Shown one piece after another: positions 16,517-27,616 of a stretch of DNA of 39,603 nt. Each line of letters starts with the position of its first letter. The first letter of the stretch is position 1. Under the pieces are notes generated by a model. It saw only the letters and a list, made by a program, of their open reading frames with translations. It did not search any database and was not told where the DNA came from. This stretch comes from a virus (Duplodnaviria; Heunggongvirae; Uroviricota; Caudoviricetes), in the IMG/VR virus record IMGVR_UViG_2778261067_000006, positions 1 through 39,603 of that record. One strand, written 5' to 3'. The position numbers were made by a program, and so were the translations under genes.

Positions 16517-17136
16517 GACTCGAAAGCGTAGCTAAATTTCATTCGCCAAAAAGCCCAATGATGAGCGACTCACCACGGGCCACGGCTTCTGACTCTCTTT
16601 CCGGTACTGATGTGATGGCTGCTATGGGGATGGCGCAATCACAAGCCGGATTCGGAATGGCTGCATTCTGCGGTAAGCATGAACTCAGCCAGAACGACAA
16701 ACAAAAGGCTATCAACTATCTGATGCAATTTGCACACAAGGTATCGGGGAAATACCGTGGCGTGGCAAAGCTTGAAGGAAATACTAAGGCAAAGGTACTG
16801 CAAGTGCTCGCAACATTCGCTTATGCGGATTATTGCCGTAGTGCCGCGACGCCGGGAGCAAGGTGCAGAGATTGCCACGGTACAGGCCGTGCGGTTGATA
16901 TATCAAAAACAGAGCTGTGGGGGAGAGTTGTTGAGAAAGAATGCGGAAGATGCAAAGGTGTCGGCTATTCAAGAATGCCAGCAAGCGCCGCATATCGCGC
17001 TGTAACGATGCTAATCCCAAACCTTACCCAACCCACCTGGTCACGCACTGTTAAGCCGCTGTATGACGCTCTGGTGGTGCAATGCCACAAAGAAGAGTCA
17101 ATCGCAGACAGCATTTTGAATACGGTCACACGTTAG
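16513..17136 (+). CDS. Q: Late antiterminator Q (lambda type)
   Basis: 207 aa, MRLESVAKFHSPKSPMMSDSPRATASDSLSG...; essentially the lambda Q sequence as I recall it. Confidence 0.9.
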   Translation: MRLESVAKFHSPKSPMMSDSPRATASDSLSGTDVMAAMGMAQSQAGFGMAAFCGKHELSQNDKQKAINYLMQFAHKVSGKYRGVAKLEGNTKAKVLQVLATFAYADYCRSAATPGARCRDCHGTGRAVDISKTELWGRVVEKECGRCKGVGYSRMPASAAYRAVTMLIPNLTQPTWSRTVKPLYDALVVQCHKEESIADSILNTVTR

Positions 17137-17178
17137 CAGCATGATTGCCACGGATAGCAACATATTAACGGCATAATA

Positions 17179-17207
17179 TTGACTTTTTGAATAAAGTTGG
17201 GTAAATT
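17179..17207 (+). promoter_or_regulatory. Late promoter PR' (-35 TTGACT, 17-nt spacer, -10 TAAATT) with adjacent qut region
   Basis: Near-identical to the lambda PR' region as I recall it. Confidence 0.6.
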
Positions 17208-17242
17208 TGACTCAACGATGGATAAATGCACTCGTTAAATAA

Positions 17243-17276
17243 AGCCCTGAGTTAATAGCTCGGGGCTTTTTGCGTT
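17243..17276 (+). terminator. tR' terminator (end of the short 6S-like late leader)
   Basis: AGCCCTGAG-(loop)-CTCGGGGCT followed by TTTTTG, about 30 nt downstream of the PR' start region. Confidence 0.6.
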
Positions 17277-17571
17277 TTAAGCACGGCCTTTCTGAAAGCA
17301 CATCAAACCAAATACCAGACAGACAAAAATAACCACCTTATCCGCTGTGGCTACGGTGCGGTGTGCTTTGCATAAAAGAAAACCAGCTCAATGGCTGGCT
17401 TCGTGAAAGCGGGTGGCAAGAAGTTGCGCTAACAACCTCCTGCCGTTTTGCCCGTGCATATCGGTCACGAACAAATCTGATTACTAAACACAGTAGCCTG
17501 GATTTGTTCTATCAGTAATCGACCTTATTCCTAATTAAATAGAGCAAATCCCCTCAATGAAGGGGTAGAGC

Positions 17572-17775
17572 ATGTACCGTATGGACAAAATCAGAGAATG
17601 GTTCAGTTACAGCTTCGGAGGACTGACTGCGATGGGTGGCATTCTCTCCCTGAATGACTGGGCTGTCATCATTGGTATTCTTTGTACTGTCGGCACATTT
17701 GGCATCAACTGGTACTACAAGCGCAAAGAGCGCGAGGACAGATTGAATGGCAATGTCACCGGCACTACGAAATAG
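17572..17775 (+). CDS. Holin (phage-21 S-type, dual start MYRMDK...)
   Basis: 67 aa with two TM segments and a charged C-terminus; hairpin CCCCTCAATGAAGGGG lies immediately upstream of the start. Confidence 0.75.
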   Translation: MYRMDKIREWFSYSFGGLTAMGGILSLNDWAVIIGILCTVGTFGINWYYKRKEREDRLNGNVTGTTK

Positions 17776-18250
17776 CGTAATAGCGGCGATAAGTGGCGGG
17801 GCTATTGCTATAGCATCTGTGTTAATCACTGGACCAAGTGGTAACGATGGTCTGGAAGGTGTCAGCTACATACCATACAAAGATATTGTTGGTGTATGGA
17901 CTGTATGTCACGGACACACCGGAAAAGACATCATGCTCGGTAAAACGTATACCGAAGCAGAATGCAAAGCCCTCCTGAATAAAGACCTTGCCACGGTCGC
18001 CAGACAAATTAACCCGTACATCAAGGTCGATATACCGGAAACAACGCGCGGCGCTCTTTATTCGTTCGTCTATAACGTGGGCGCAGGCAATTTCAGAACA
18101 TCGACGCTTCTTCGCAAAATCAACCAGGGCGATATCAAAGGCGCATGTGATCAGCTACGTCGCTGGACATATGCTGGCGGTAAGCAATGGAAAGGGCTGA
18201 TGACTCGCCGTGAGATTGAGCGTGAAGTCTGTTTGTGGGGGCAACAATGA
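17747..18250 (+). CDS. SAR endolysin (T4-lysozyme fold with N-terminal signal-anchor-release domain)
   Basis: Hydrophobic Gly/Ala-rich N-terminus (…[19 protein letters not shown]…) followed by lysozyme motifs (…[11 protein letters not shown]…); overlaps the holin end. Confidence 0.85.
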   Translation: MAMSPALRNSVIAAISGGAIAIASVLITGPSGNDGLEGVSYIPYKDIVGVWTVCHGHTGKDIMLGKTYTEAECKALLNKDLATVARQINPYIKVDIPETTRGALYSFVYNVGAGNFRTSTLLRKINQGDIKGACDQLRRWTYAGGKQWKGLMTRREIEREVCLWGQQ

Positions 18251-18684
18251 GCAGAGTAACCGCGATTATCTCCGCTCTGGTTATCTGCATCATCGTCTGC
18301 CTGTTATGGGCTGTTAATCATTACCGTGATAACGCCATCGCCTACAAAGAACAGCGCGATAAGGCCGCATCCATCATCGCTGACATGCAGAAGCGTCAAC
18401 GTGATGTAGCAGAACTCGACGCCAGATACACAAAGGAGCTTGCTGATGCTAACGCGACTATCGAAAGTCTCCGTGCTGATGTTTCTGCTGGGCGTAAGCG
18501 CCTGCAAGTCGCCGCCACCTGTGCAAAGTCAACGACCGGAGCCAGCAGCATGGGCGATGGAGAAAGCCCAAGACTTACAGCAGATGCTGAACTCAATTAT
18601 TACCGTCTCAGAAGTGGAATCGACAGGATAACCGCGCAGGTTAACTACCTGCAGGAGTACATCAGGACTCAGTGCCTGAAATAA
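18247..18684 (+). CDS. Rz: Rz (i-spanin)
   Basis: N-terminal TM segment followed by a coiled coil; ATGA overlap with endolysin stop. Confidence 0.75.
   Translation: MSRVTAIISALVICIIVCLLWAVNHYRDNAIAYKEQRDKAASIIADMQKRQRDVAELDARYTKELADANATIESLRADVSAGRKRLQVAATCAKSTTGASSMGDGESPRLTADAELNYYRLRSGIDRITAQVNYLQEYIRTQCLK
18440..18631 (+). CDS. Rz1: Rz1 (o-spanin lipoprotein) embedded in the +1 frame of Rz
   Basis: Lipobox ...LLGVSAC followed by a proline-rich mature region; fully nested in Rz. Confidence 0.6.
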   Translation: MLMLTRLSKVSVLMFLLGVSACKSPPPVQSQRPEPAAWAMEKAQDLQQMLNSIITVSEVESTG

Positions 18685-18715
18685 TTTTTTTGCAAATCAC
18701 AAAGTCCATTTAATG

Positions 18716-18770
18716 AGCCTCGCGATGCGGGGCTTTTTGCAATAAATGCGTACCGCAACGCATGTTTTTT
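18716..18770 (+). terminator. Tandem intrinsic terminators after the lysis cassette
   Basis: AGCCTCGC-GAT-GCGGGGCT + TTTTT, then ATGCG-(loop)-CGCAT + GTTTTTT. Confidence 0.5.
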
Positions 18771-18885
18771 ACACCGAACCTGCCCATTTGGAATGGGCCT
18801 TTGAGGATACCAGTTAGTGCTGGCGAGCCTCGGTGGGCTGGTTTCCTATGCGGCAAAGGTTCATTTCAAATGGTAGGTAAACGTT

Positions 18886-19407
18886 ATGAATATCGTGCCA
18901 CTTAATTACAAAGGTGAAATTGTCAGTTTCAACACTGATGGTTGGATCAACGTCACAGGTGTTGCTGAGAGATTTGGGAAACGCATTGATAACTGGATGC
19001 GTTTGGCAGAAACGCTTGAATACGTTCGTGCTTTAGACGAAGCGTTGACCGGGAAAGAATCTCAAATTTTACATCCCTCACAATCGAGGTATGTAAAAAC
19101 CAGCAAGGCACGAAAGGACAGGGGTGGTGGTACGTGGCTACATCCAAAACTTTCAGTTGCATTTGCCCGTTGGTGTGATGCTCGTTTTGCTGTGTGGTGC
19201 GACCTGCACATTGATAGTCTGCTTCGCGGTGAACTGACTGAGCAGCAGAAATATGAGCAAGCATGTCGCATTCGCGATGACCGGAAATCAAAAGCCAGCA
19301 ATGGGGCAAGAGAGATGGCTCGCTGGCGATGGAATAAGCCGGTTATTGAAGCAAATGTTGAGTACTGGCGCGAGCAACTGCAGTTGACTCTCGATATCGC
19401 GTGCTGA
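18886..19407 (+). CDS. KilA-N domain protein
   Basis: 173 aa; N-terminal ...FNTDGWINVTGVAERFGKRIDNWMRL... typical of KilA-N/APSES-like DNA-binding domains. Confidence 0.6.
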   Translation: MNIVPLNYKGEIVSFNTDGWINVTGVAERFGKRIDNWMRLAETLEYVRALDEALTGKESQILHPSQSRYVKTSKARKDRGGGTWLHPKLSVAFARWCDARFAVWCDLHIDSLLRGELTEQQKYEQACRIRDDRKSKASNGAREMARWRWNKPVIEANVEYWREQLQLTLDIAC

Positions 19408-19765
19408 TGGCAAACGCAAAACTGCGTTATCGGAAAAATCAAAGCATTACGAGAACTGAGCAACGGCTATCCATTACAAAGCCCATCTACGGGTGGGCTT
19501 GATAATGAAACCGGAGTTAATTTCTGGTCACTAATTAACGGCAGTACAGCGAAACAACCCAAGCCAGAAAGTGGGGAAATAACACTGTCAGCCACTGAAA
19601 GATGAACCTCCTGCCTTATGGCAAAAAAGATTCTTTGTGGTGGCGGACTGATGGAAAGACATCGGTTATTGCAGAGACCACTCATTGAATGGTCTCTACA
19701 ATGGCTTATACCCTACACGGGATAACTTAACTGATATCCCTTTTAACGGATAAACGGAGCCAACA

Positions 19766-20008
19766 ATGGCAGAGATTATTCCCATGACTGAAGAACAGAA
19801 ATTCCAGTTAGAGATTTACAAGCTGGTCATGAACCAGAACGCAGCCGCAGAGGAAGCGTTTCAATTCATTGGCACTGACGAGCTGAAGCTTGAGCTATTC
19901 AAAATTCACTTCCAGTCAGGTGGCGCTAATTCAGATATCACGATCCGCACATTCGAAGCGGTGCGTAAATCGAAGGAAGCGTTAGACCTGTTCACTACCG
20001 GAGTGTAA
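19766..20008 (+). CDS. Hypothetical protein (80 aa)
   Basis: First of three tightly packed small ORFs upstream of the terminase genes; SD GGAG. Confidence 0.4.
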   Translation: MAEIIPMTEEQKFQLEIYKLVMNQNAAAEEAFQFIGTDELKLELFKIHFQSGGANSDITIRTFEAVRKSKEALDLFTTGV

Positions 20009-20011
20009 GAG

Positions 20012-20299
20012 ATGACTGAACAAGAAATGCCGAGATACCAGTGCCACAAAAAAGTTCGCGCCCTGAAGATTGGCTCTATAGAACATAAGCCAAACCCAGA
20101 TCAGTCTGGTAAGACTGGCTCTTCTAGTTATGGGGCAATTATTCATCCGGATGATAAGAAATACGCAGCATTTGATGTTAGCGCGGAATATATCTGTAAG
20201 CACCGACCAATGTCTGGAGGCTATTACGTTGTCTATGAGGATGGATATGAATCATATTCTCCTGCTGAGGTATTTGAGTCTGGATATTCAAAATTATAG
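20012..20299 (+). CDS. Hypothetical protein (95 aa)
   Basis: 3-nt spacing from the upstream ORF; no family recognised. Confidence 0.4.
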   Translation: MTEQEMPRYQCHKKVRALKIGSIEHKPNPDQSGKTGSSSYGAIIHPDDKKYAAFDVSAEYICKHRPMSGGYYVVYEDGYESYSPAEVFESGYSKL

Positions 20300-20308
20300 G
20301 AATCCTCT

Positions 20309-20487
20309 ATGACAAACGTCGTTGATCTTGGTAATGAGAAGAAATTCCCAATTACTCAAGAGCTATACGAGCGGCTGGAAAGCGTCATCCATGATTACGA
20401 TGGTGAAATCAGTTTATGCGAGGCGATTGGTACACTCGAATTGCTGAAGCAGTCACTGATTGAAGGCGCGAAAGAGTCCTCAGCCTG
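20309..20487 (+). CDS. Hypothetical protein (59 aa)
   Basis: Hand-translated MTNVVDLGNEKKFPITQELYERLESVIHDYDGEISLCEAIGTLELLKQSLIEGAKESSA; below ORF-track cutoff. Confidence 0.35.
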
Positions 20488-20505
20488 AAATAACAACTAA
20501 GTGAG

Positions 20506-21000
20506 ATGAATATGGCAGCACCAAAGGGCAACCGATTTTGGGAGGCCCGCAGTAGTCATGGGCGAAACCCTAAATTCGAATCGCCTGAGGCGCTGTGGGC
20601 TGCTTGTTGTGAATACTTCGAGTGGGTAGAAGCTAACCCGCTATGGGAGATGAAGGCGTTCTCGTATCAGGGTGAAGTGATACAAGAGCCTATCGCCAAG
20701 ATGCGAGCGATGACTATTACAGGCCTCACTCTGTTCATTGATGTGACGCTTGAAACATGGCGCACATATCGCCTGCGAGAAGATTTATCTGAAGTCGTTA
20801 CGCGAGCAGAGCAGGTCATCTACGACCAGAAATTCTCTGGCGCAGCCGCTGACCTTCTCAACGCTAACATCATCGCCCGTGATTTGGGCCTCAAAGAGCA
20901 GTCGCAAGTTGAAGACGTGACACCTGATAAGGGAGATCGCGATAAGCGACGCTCTCGTATCAAGGAGCTATTCAACCGTGGAACTGGACGCGATTCTTGA
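20506..21000 (+). CDS. Terminase small subunit
   Basis: 164 aa, immediately upstream of and overlapping the large terminase; N-terminus [18 protein letters not shown] recalled as a small-terminase family. Confidence 0.65.
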   Translation: MNMAAPKGNRFWEARSSHGRNPKFESPEALWAACCEYFEWVEANPLWEMKAFSYQGEVIQEPIAKMRAMTITGLTLFIDVTLETWRTYRLREDLSEVVTRAEQVIYDQKFSGAAADLLNANIIARDLGLKEQSQVEDVTPDKGDRDKRRSRIKELFNRGTGRDS

Positions 21001-22477
21001 TAACCTGAGCGACGAAGAGCAAATCGAATTGCTCGAGCTACTCGAAGAAGAAGAGAACTACCGGAACACACACCTGCTATATGAATTTACGCCATACAGC
21101 AAACAGCGTGAGTTCATCGACGCCGGGCATGACTATCCAGAGCGCTGTTTTATGGCTGGTAACCAGCTTGGTAAGTCATTTACTGGTGCTGCTGAAGTCG
21201 CGTTTCACCTTACCGGGCGTTATCCGGGAACAAAAGGCTATCCTGCTGATGGTAAATATGGCGGTGAGTGGAAAGGTAAGCGTTTCTATGAGCCTGTTGT
21301 CTTCTGGATTGGCGGCGAGACAAACGAGACGGTAACCAAAACGACTCAACGCATCCTGTGCGGTCGTATTGAAGAGAATGATGAACCGGGTTACGGTTCA
21401 ATACCGAAAGAGGACATCATTAGCTGGAAGAAGTCTCCTTTCTTTCCGAACCTTGTTGATCATCTTCTGGTTAAGCATCACACGGCTGATGGCGTTGAAG
21501 ATGGCATTTCAATCTGCTACTTCAAACCATACTCGCAAGGCCGTGCACGCTGGCAGGGTGACACAATCCACGGCGTGTGGTTTGACGAAGAACCACCATA
21601 CAGCATTTATGGCGAAGGGCTTACCCGTACCAACAAATACGGGCAATTCTCAATTCTGACGTTTACCCCGCTGATGGGGATGTCTGACGTTGTTACCAAG
21701 TTCCTGAAGAACCCCAGCAAGTCGCAGAAAGTGGTCAACATGACCATCTATGACGCTGAGCACTATACCGAAGAGCAGAAAGAGCAAATCATCGCATCCT
21801 ATCCCGAGCATGAGAGAGAGGCGCGTGCTCGCGGTATTCCTACGATGGGTAGCGGGCGAATCTTCCAGATACCGGAAGAGACGATTAAGTGTCAGCCGTT
21901 CGAGTGTCCTGATCACTTCTACGTAATTGGCGGGATGGATTTCGGATGGGATCACCCGCAGGCGCAGGTTCAGCTTTGGTGGGATAAGGACGCAGACACA
22001 ATCTACGTTTCACGCGTGTGGAAGGCGAAAGAAAAAACAGCCGTTCAGGCGTGGGGATCCGTTAAATCATGGGCGCATAAAGTGCCAACTGCATGGCCTC
22101 ATGACGGAAACCAGCATGAGAAGGGCGGCGGTGAGCAGCTCAAAGGGCAGTACGCGGACGCTGGTTTTATGATGTTGCAGGAGCATGCGACATGGCCTGA
22201 TGGCGGTAATGCTGTTGAACCTGGCATCACTGAATTGCGCGACATGATGCTTGATGGTCGCTTCAAAGTATTCAACACCTGTGAGCCATTCTTTGAGGAG
22301 TTCCGCCTCTATCACCGTGATGAAAACGGGAAGATCGTCAAGCTTAACGACGACGTTCTCTCAGCCGTTCGCTATGCATACATGATGCGCCGCTTCGCCA
22401 AAATGATGCGCGACATCAAAAAACCAAAAGAGAAAAAGATACCAGCCCCAATCAGGCCCATCGCACGGAGAACTTAA
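20978..22477 (+). CDS. Terminase large subunit
   Basis: 499 aa with ATPase and nuclease regions; same length as P22 gp2; GTG start overlapping the small subunit. Confidence 0.85.
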   Translation: MELDAILDNLSDEEQIELLELLEEEENYRNTHLLYEFTPYSKQREFIDAGHDYPERCFMAGNQLGKSFTGAAEVAFHLTGRYPGTKGYPADGKYGGEWKGKRFYEPVVFWIGGETNETVTKTTQRILCGRIEENDEPGYGSIPKEDIISWKKSPFFPNLVDHLLVKHHTADGVEDGISICYFKPYSQGRARWQGDTIHGVWFDEEPPYSIYGEGLTRTNKYGQFSILTFTPLMGMSDVVTKFLKNPSKSQKVVNMTIYDAEHYTEEQKEQIIASYPEHEREARARGIPTMGSGRIFQIPEETIKCQPFECPDHFYVIGGMDFGWDHPQAQVQLWWDKDADTIYVSRVWKAKEKTAVQAWGSVKSWAHKVPTAWPHDGNQHEKGGGEQLKGQYADAGFMMLQEHATWPDGGNAVEPGITELRDMMLDGRFKVFNTCEPFFEEFRLYHRDENGKIVKLNDDVLSAVRYAYMMRRFAKMMRDIKKPKEKKIPAPIRPIARRT

Positions 22478-24643
22478 ATGGCCGACGAAAACAGACTCAA
22501 TTCCATTCTGTGTAAGTTTGACGCGGACTGGATGGCGAGCGATGAAGCCAGAACCGAGGCGACAAATGACCTGTATTTTAGCCGAGTGTCGCAATGGGAT
22601 GACTGGCTATCAAACTACACTACCCTGCAATATCGCGGACAATTCGATGTTGTTCGCCCGGTGGTCAGGAAACTGGTCGCAGAGATGCGCCGGAACCCTA
22701 TCGACGTTCTCTTCCGACCCAAAGACGGCGCTAATCCTGATGCTGCCGATGTGTTGATGGGAATGTATCGTACTGATATGCGCCATAACACGGCAAAAAT
22801 TGCCGTTAACGTTGGCGTTCGTGAGCAGATAGAGTCCGGCGTTGGTGCATGGCGTCTGGTCACCCAGTACGAAGACAACGACCCAACAAGCAACAATCAG
22901 GTAATCCGACGCCTGCCAATCCATGAAGCCTGCTCACACGTCATATGGGACGCCAACAGCAAGCAGATGGATAAGAGCGATGCTAAGCACTGCACGGTGA
23001 TTAACGCTTTGTCACGCAATGGCTGGAAAGAGTTCGCAGAGGATTACGGCATTGATCCTGACACGCTGCCATCTTTCCAGAATCCGAACGATACATGGCT
23101 GTTTCCGTGGGTATCGAATGATGTCGTCTACGTCGCTGAGTATTACGAGGTAGAAGAGAAGAAGGAGAAAGTCTTCATCTACCGCGACCCGCTGACAGGT
23201 GAGCCGGTCAGCTATTACCAGCAGGATATCAAAGACGTCATCGACGACCTGGCTAATCGTGGATTCATTAAGGTAGCAGAGCGTAAGGTCAAGCGTCGTC
23301 GTGTGTATAAGTCGATCATCACCTGCACGCAGATACTGAAAGACCGCGAGAAGATAGCAGGAGAGCATATTCCAATCGTTCCAGTGTATGGTGAATGGTC
23401 ATTCGCTGGTGACAAGGAGTGCTACGAAGGAGTGGTAAGGCTGACGAAAGACGGTCAACGCCTTCGTAACATGATCATGTCATTCAACGCCGATATCGTT
23501 GCTCGTTCACCGAAGAAGAAACCGACCTTCTTCCCTGAGCAAATCGAAGGCTACGAATACATGTACGGAGGAAATGATGACTATCCGTACTATCTGCAGA
23601 ACAAGACCGATGAAAACGGTAACGACCTGCCGATTGGTCCAATCTCCTACATGGAAAACCCTGAAGTGCCGCAAGCCAACGCTTACATGCTTGAGGCTGC
23701 CACCAACGCAGTGAAAGAGGTAGCTAGTCTTGGCGTGGATGCGCAGGCGGCAAATGGTCAGGTCGCTTTCGATACCGTCAATCAACTGAACATGCGGGCA
23801 GACCTTGAGACATACGTGTTTCAGGATAACCTGGCTACCGCAATGCGACGTGATGGCGAGATTTATGCCTCAATGGTCAACGATATTTATGACGTTCCTC
23901 GCCATGTAACGCTGACTCTTGAAGACGGAAGCGAGAAAGACGTTCAACTCTACGCGCAAGTTGTAGATTACCAGTCCGGCAATGTGGTCACACTCAACGA
24001 CATTCGCGGTCGCTATGAGTGCTATACAGACGTTGGACCATCCTTCCAGAGTATGAAGGAACAGAACCGCGCAGAGATTCAGGAGTTGCTCACTAAGGTT
24101 CCGCAAGGTACTCCAGAGTTCCAGATGCTGATGCTGCAATACTTTACGCTGCTTGACGGTAAAGGCGTCGAGATGATGCGAGAGTACGCGAACAAGCAAC
24201 TGGTGATGATGGGGCTGAAGAAACCAGAAACACCTGAAGAGATGGAGATGGTACAGCAGGCTCAACAGCAGCCGCAGCATCCATCAGCAGAGCAAATTCA
24301 GGCGCAGGGTATCCTTCTGCAAGGTCAGGCTGAATTGCTCAAGGCAGAGAACCAACAGGCGCAGATTCAGGTTGAAGCCGCCAAGGTTGAAGCCCAAAAC
24401 CAACTCAACGCCGCGAAGATTGCAGAAATCTTCAACAATATGGACCTCGACAAGCAGGAAGAACTGCGTGAGTACCTCAAGCTCGTAGGTCAATTCCAGC
24501 AACAGCGCAGCAAAGACGCTCGCGCTAACGCTGAGCTGCTTCTTAAAGATGCAGACCAGACTCATTCACAACGCATGGATTTCGCGAATCTTATGCGTCA
24601 AGTTCAAATCCCCTCCGGCGGAGTAGCCGAGACACCTCAATAA
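22478..24643 (+). CDS. Portal protein (P22 gp1-type)
   Basis: 721 aa, collinear with P22 portal as I recall it (MAD.ENRL.SIL..FDADW.ASDEAR ... NAELLLK ... [10 protein letters not shown]). Confidence 0.95.
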   Translation: MADENRLNSILCKFDADWMASDEARTEATNDLYFSRVSQWDDWLSNYTTLQYRGQFDVVRPVVRKLVAEMRRNPIDVLFRPKDGANPDAADVLMGMYRTDMRHNTAKIAVNVGVREQIESGVGAWRLVTQYEDNDPTSNNQVIRRLPIHEACSHVIWDANSKQMDKSDAKHCTVINALSRNGWKEFAEDYGIDPDTLPSFQNPNDTWLFPWVSNDVVYVAEYYEVEEKKEKVFIYRDPLTGEPVSYYQQDIKDVIDDLANRGFIKVAERKVKRRRVYKSIITCTQILKDREKIAGEHIPIVPVYGEWSFAGDKECYEGVVRLTKDGQRLRNMIMSFNADIVARSPKKKPTFFPEQIEGYEYMYGGNDDYPYYLQNKTDENGNDLPIGPISYMENPEVPQANAYMLEAATNAVKEVASLGVDAQAANGQVAFDTVNQLNMRADLETYVFQDNLATAMRRDGEIYASMVNDIYDVPRHVTLTLEDGSEKDVQLYAQVVDYQSGNVVTLNDIRGRYECYTDVGPSFQSMKEQNRAEIQELLTKVPQGTPEFQMLMLQYFTLLDGKGVEMMREYANKQLVMMGLKKPETPEEMEMVQQAQQQPQHPSAEQIQAQGILLQGQAELLKAENQQAQIQVEAAKVEAQNQLNAAKIAEIFNNMDLDKQEELREYLKLVGQFQQQRSKDARANAELLLKDADQTHSQRMDFANLMRQVQIPSGGVAETPQ

Positions 24644-24656
24644 GAGAGAGTTAATC

Positions 24657-25568
24657 ATGGACCAAACCACCGACATTCAGGCTTCTGAAGAATTAACCCT
24701 GCCCGGCAATCATGCAGCGGCATCTGCTGATGGCTTAGTTGTCGATAATGCCAACGACAACGCAGGCCAGGAAGAAGGCTTCGAGATTGTCCTGAAAGAC
24801 GATGAGAAACCAAAACAAGACCCGGCAACTAATGCTGAATTTGCCCGTCGCCGCATCGAACGCAAACGCCAGCGTGAGCTTGAGCAGCAGATGGAAGCGG
24901 TTAAGCGTGGAGAGTTGCCGGAGCACCTGCGGGTGAACCCTGAGTTACCAAAACAACCAGACCCTAACGATTATCTTTCCGAAGACGCACTGGCTAAGTA
25001 CGACTATGACCAGAGCCGCGCACTGGCTGCCTTCCAGCAGGCAAATAGTGAATGGCAGATCAAGGCTATGGACGCACGAAGCCAGGCTGTCGCCGAGCAG
25101 GGTCGCAAAACTCAGGAGTTCACCCAGCAATCAGCGCAATATGTCGAGGCAGCCCGTAAGCACTACGACGCAGCGGAAAAGCTCAATATCCCTGACTATC
25201 AGGAGAAAGAGGATGCATTCATGCAACTGGTGCCGCCAGCAGTCGGTGCCGACATCATGCGCCTCTTCCCGGAGAAATCCGCTGCTCTCATGTATCACCT
25301 TGGTGCTAATCCTGAGAAAACACGCCAGTTGCTGGCGATGGACGGGCAATCCGCGCTGATTGAACTCACTCGACTGTCAGAACGTTTAACTCTCAAGCCT
25401 CGAGCCAAGCCTGTTTCAGAAGCCCCGTTACCTGATGAACCCATTCAGGGACACGCTGTTGCTGCAAATATCTCTGCGATTGAAAAGCAGATGGAAGCGG
25501 CAGCAAACAAAGGGGATGTAGAGACGTACCGCAAGCTCAAGGCGCAACTGAATAAAGGAATTCGATAA
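24657..25568 (+). CDS. Scaffolding protein (P22 gp8-type)
   Basis: 303 aa; strong match to P22 gp8 from memory (…[21 protein letters not shown]…). Confidence 0.9.
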   Translation: MDQTTDIQASEELTLPGNHAAASADGLVVDNANDNAGQEEGFEIVLKDDEKPKQDPATNAEFARRRIERKRQRELEQQMEAVKRGELPEHLRVNPELPKQPDPNDYLSEDALAKYDYDQSRALAAFQQANSEWQIKAMDARSQAVAEQGRKTQEFTQQSAQYVEAARKHYDAAEKLNIPDYQEKEDAFMQLVPPAVGADIMRLFPEKSAALMYHLGANPEKTRQLLAMDGQSALIELTRLSERLTLKPRAKPVSEAPLPDEPIQGHAVAANISAIEKQMEAAANKGDVETYRKLKAQLNKGIR

Positions 25569-26863
25569 TGGCATTAAATGAAGGTCAACTGGTCACGTAT
25601 GCTCTGGATGAAATCATCGAAACCGTCCAGAACCTGACGCCAATGGCGTCCAAAGTGACAAAATACACCCCTCCGGCAGAATCCATGCAGCGTTCAAGCA
25701 ACACCGTGTGGATGCCTGTTGAGCAGGAAGCGCCAACCCAGACTGGCTGGGATTTAACTGGCAAAGCAACCGGGATTCTGGAGCTCTCCGTGAAATGCAA
25801 CATGGGCGATCCGGATAACGATTTCTTCGAGCTTCGTGCAGATGACCTGCGTGATGAGCGTTCTTACCGTCGCCGCATCCAGGCATCCGCCAAAAAACTG
25901 GCGAATAACATTGAGTCAGCGATTGCCAAACAGGCAACTGAAATGGGCTCGCTTGTTGTTCACGATACCCGCGCAATTGGTCCATCTACTGGCCTGTCTG
26001 GCTGGGATTTTGTGTCTGATGCAGAGCGCCTGATGTTCTCCCGTGAGCTAAACCGCGACATGGGCATCAGTTACTTCCTGAACCCTGACGATTACCGCAA
26101 AGCAGGCCGCAATCTTGTAGATGGTGACATCTTCGGGCGCGTTCCTGAAGAAGCGTATCGCAACGGTACTATTCAGCGTCAGATTGCTGGCTTTGATGAA
26201 ATTCTTCGCTCACCGAAACTTCCGGCAGTTACCAAGTCAACCGCTACTGGTGTAACTGTTTCTGGTGCGCAGAAGTTTAAGCCCCAGGCATACACTCTTG
26301 ATACCGATGGTAACAAAGAGAACGTTGACAACCGTGTTGCAACGGTGACCGTATCATCTACCACCGGATTTAAGCGCGGCGACAAAATCAGCTTCACTGG
26401 TGTGAAATTCCTGTCTCAGATGGCGAAGAACGTGCTGACTGATGATGCTACTTTCTCAATCACCCGAGTGATCGATAGTACTCACATCGAAATCACGCCG
26501 AAGCCGATTGCGCTGGATGACGCGTCACTGACAAAAGAAGAGAAGGCTTACGCTAACGTAAACACCTCTCTTGCTGATACCACTCCGGTAAACGTTCTGA
26601 ACGTGGCAACAACCACCGCTAACGTGTTCTGGGCTGATGACTCAATCCGCCTGCTGTCTCAGCCGATTCCGGTAACCCATGAACTGTTTGCTGGCATGAA
26701 AACGTCTTCCTTCAGCATTCCAGGCATTGGTGTTAACGGCATCTTCGCAACGCAGGGTGATATCAACACTCTGTCTGGTAAGTGCCGTATTGCTGTGTGG
26801 TATTCAGCATGTGCTGTACGACCAGAGGCAATTGGTGTTGGTCTGCCTAACCAGACCGCGTGA
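25568..26863 (+). CDS. Major capsid (coat) protein (P22 gp5-type)
   Basis: 431 aa; MALNEGQ...[20 protein letters not shown]... as in P22 coat protein. Confidence 0.95.
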   Translation: MALNEGQLVTYALDEIIETVQNLTPMASKVTKYTPPAESMQRSSNTVWMPVEQEAPTQTGWDLTGKATGILELSVKCNMGDPDNDFFELRADDLRDERSYRRRIQASAKKLANNIESAIAKQATEMGSLVVHDTRAIGPSTGLSGWDFVSDAERLMFSRELNRDMGISYFLNPDDYRKAGRNLVDGDIFGRVPEEAYRNGTIQRQIAGFDEILRSPKLPAVTKSTATGVTVSGAQKFKPQAYTLDTDGNKENVDNRVATVTVSSTTGFKRGDKISFTGVKFLSQMAKNVLTDDATFSITRVIDSTHIEITPKPIALDDASLTKEEKAYANVNTSLADTTPVNVLNVATTTANVFWADDSIRLLSQPIPVTHELFAGMKTSSFSIPGIGVNGIFATQGDINTLSGKCRIAVWYSACAVRPEAIGVGLPNQTA

Positions 26864-26871
26864 TAACCAGA

Positions 26872-26893
26872 GGGAGCTTCGGCTCCCTTTTTT
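26872..26893 (+). terminator. Intrinsic terminator downstream of the coat gene
   Basis: GGGAGC-TTCG-GCTCCC followed by TTTTTT. Confidence 0.6.
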
Positions 26894-26907
26894 ATCTGGA
26901 GACAAGC

Positions 26908-27138
26908 ATGACACACATGATTTTTCGTCATGGAGACATGAAGAAGTGGAAAGGCGTTGGATACGACTTTGAAATCGTGAAAGCCGAAGAGCTTCAGGAA
27001 TATCTGGATGCTGGTTGGTTTTCACATCCTGATGACCTTTTGAAGGATGTTGCAGAGCCAGAGCCAGAAGAAAAACAGCGTAAAAAGCCTAGTCGAAAAC
27101 CTAAGGCGGCAGCAGATGAACCTGACAACGAAGGGTGA
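26908..27138 (+). CDS. Hypothetical small protein between coat and gp4
   Basis: 76 aa with GGAGA SD, acidic/Lys-rich C-terminus; by position matches the small ORF found here in Sf6-like genomes. Confidence 0.4.
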   Translation: MTHMIFRHGDMKKWKGVGYDFEIVKAEELQEYLDAGWFSHPDDLLKDVAEPEPEEKQRKKPSRKPKAAADEPDNEG

Positions 27139-27616
27139 TTTAGTTCTTGCGGCATTACGTAAGCTCGGTGTGGCATCAAATGCCACGTTAACCGATGTCG
27201 AACCGCAGTCTATGGAAGACGGAGTCAACGACCTTGAAATGATGATGGCGGAATGGCTTGGCGGTGATTCGTCACCAGGTATCAACGTTGGCTACATTTT
27301 CGCTGATGCAGATGTCGCTCCGGATCCGGGAGATGAGCACGGTTTATCAAATAACGCTATCAATGCCGTCATTTTCAACCTTGCCTGCCGCATTGCTCCG
27401 GATTATGCGCTGGAAGCGTCAGCAAAACTTATAACCACTGCCAGATACGGGAAAGAGCGACTCGTCAAACTGTCTGCAATGGACAGAGCAAAAGCCGCTA
27501 AATGTAAGTCCGGTTATCCAAACCGTATGCCTGTTGGTAGCGGTAACCAGTTGGCGAAGTGGAACGGTTGGAATTACTTCCACCGAAAAGAATCTTGCGA
27601 TAACGGGAGCGAATAA
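27116..27616 (+). CDS. Head completion / tail adaptor protein (P22 gp4-type)
   Basis: [33 protein letters not shown]... parallels P22 gp4 [33 protein letters not shown]... Confidence 0.85.
   Translation: MNLTTKGDLVLAALRKLGVASNATLTDVEPQSMEDGVNDLEMMMAEWLGGDSSPGINVGYIFADADVAPDPGDEHGLSNNAINAVIFNLACRIAPDYALEASAKLITTARYGKERLVKLSAMDRAKAAKCKSGYPNRMPVGSGNQLAKWNGWNYFHRKESCDNGSE

Noticed and set aside
14489-16878. Minus-strand ORFs inside the nin operon (14489..14788, 15148..15447, 15281..15472, 15679..15912, 16082..16462, 16639..16878)
   Set aside because: All are antisense to tightly packed, translationally coupled plus-strand genes of recognisable families.
17137-17571. Possible toxin or virulence cargo between Q and the lysis genes
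   Set aside because: The interval is about 430 bp, holds only the lambda-like late promoter, leader terminator and holin leader, and has no ORF; no cargo gene is present.
18953-19685. Minus-strand ORFs 18953..19309, 19062..19463 and 19467..19685
   Set aside because: The first two are antisense to the KilA-N gene and Cys/His-rich from codon bias; the third lies in the noncoding gap without an SD and has a low-complexity peptide.
22610-24565. Several 90-140 aa minus-strand ORFs from the track (22610..22924, 23012..23368, 23507..23785, 23870..24280, 24284..24565)
   Set aside because: All are antisense to and fully inside the highly conserved portal gene; their peptides are low-complexity with no start context. 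Treated as spurious.
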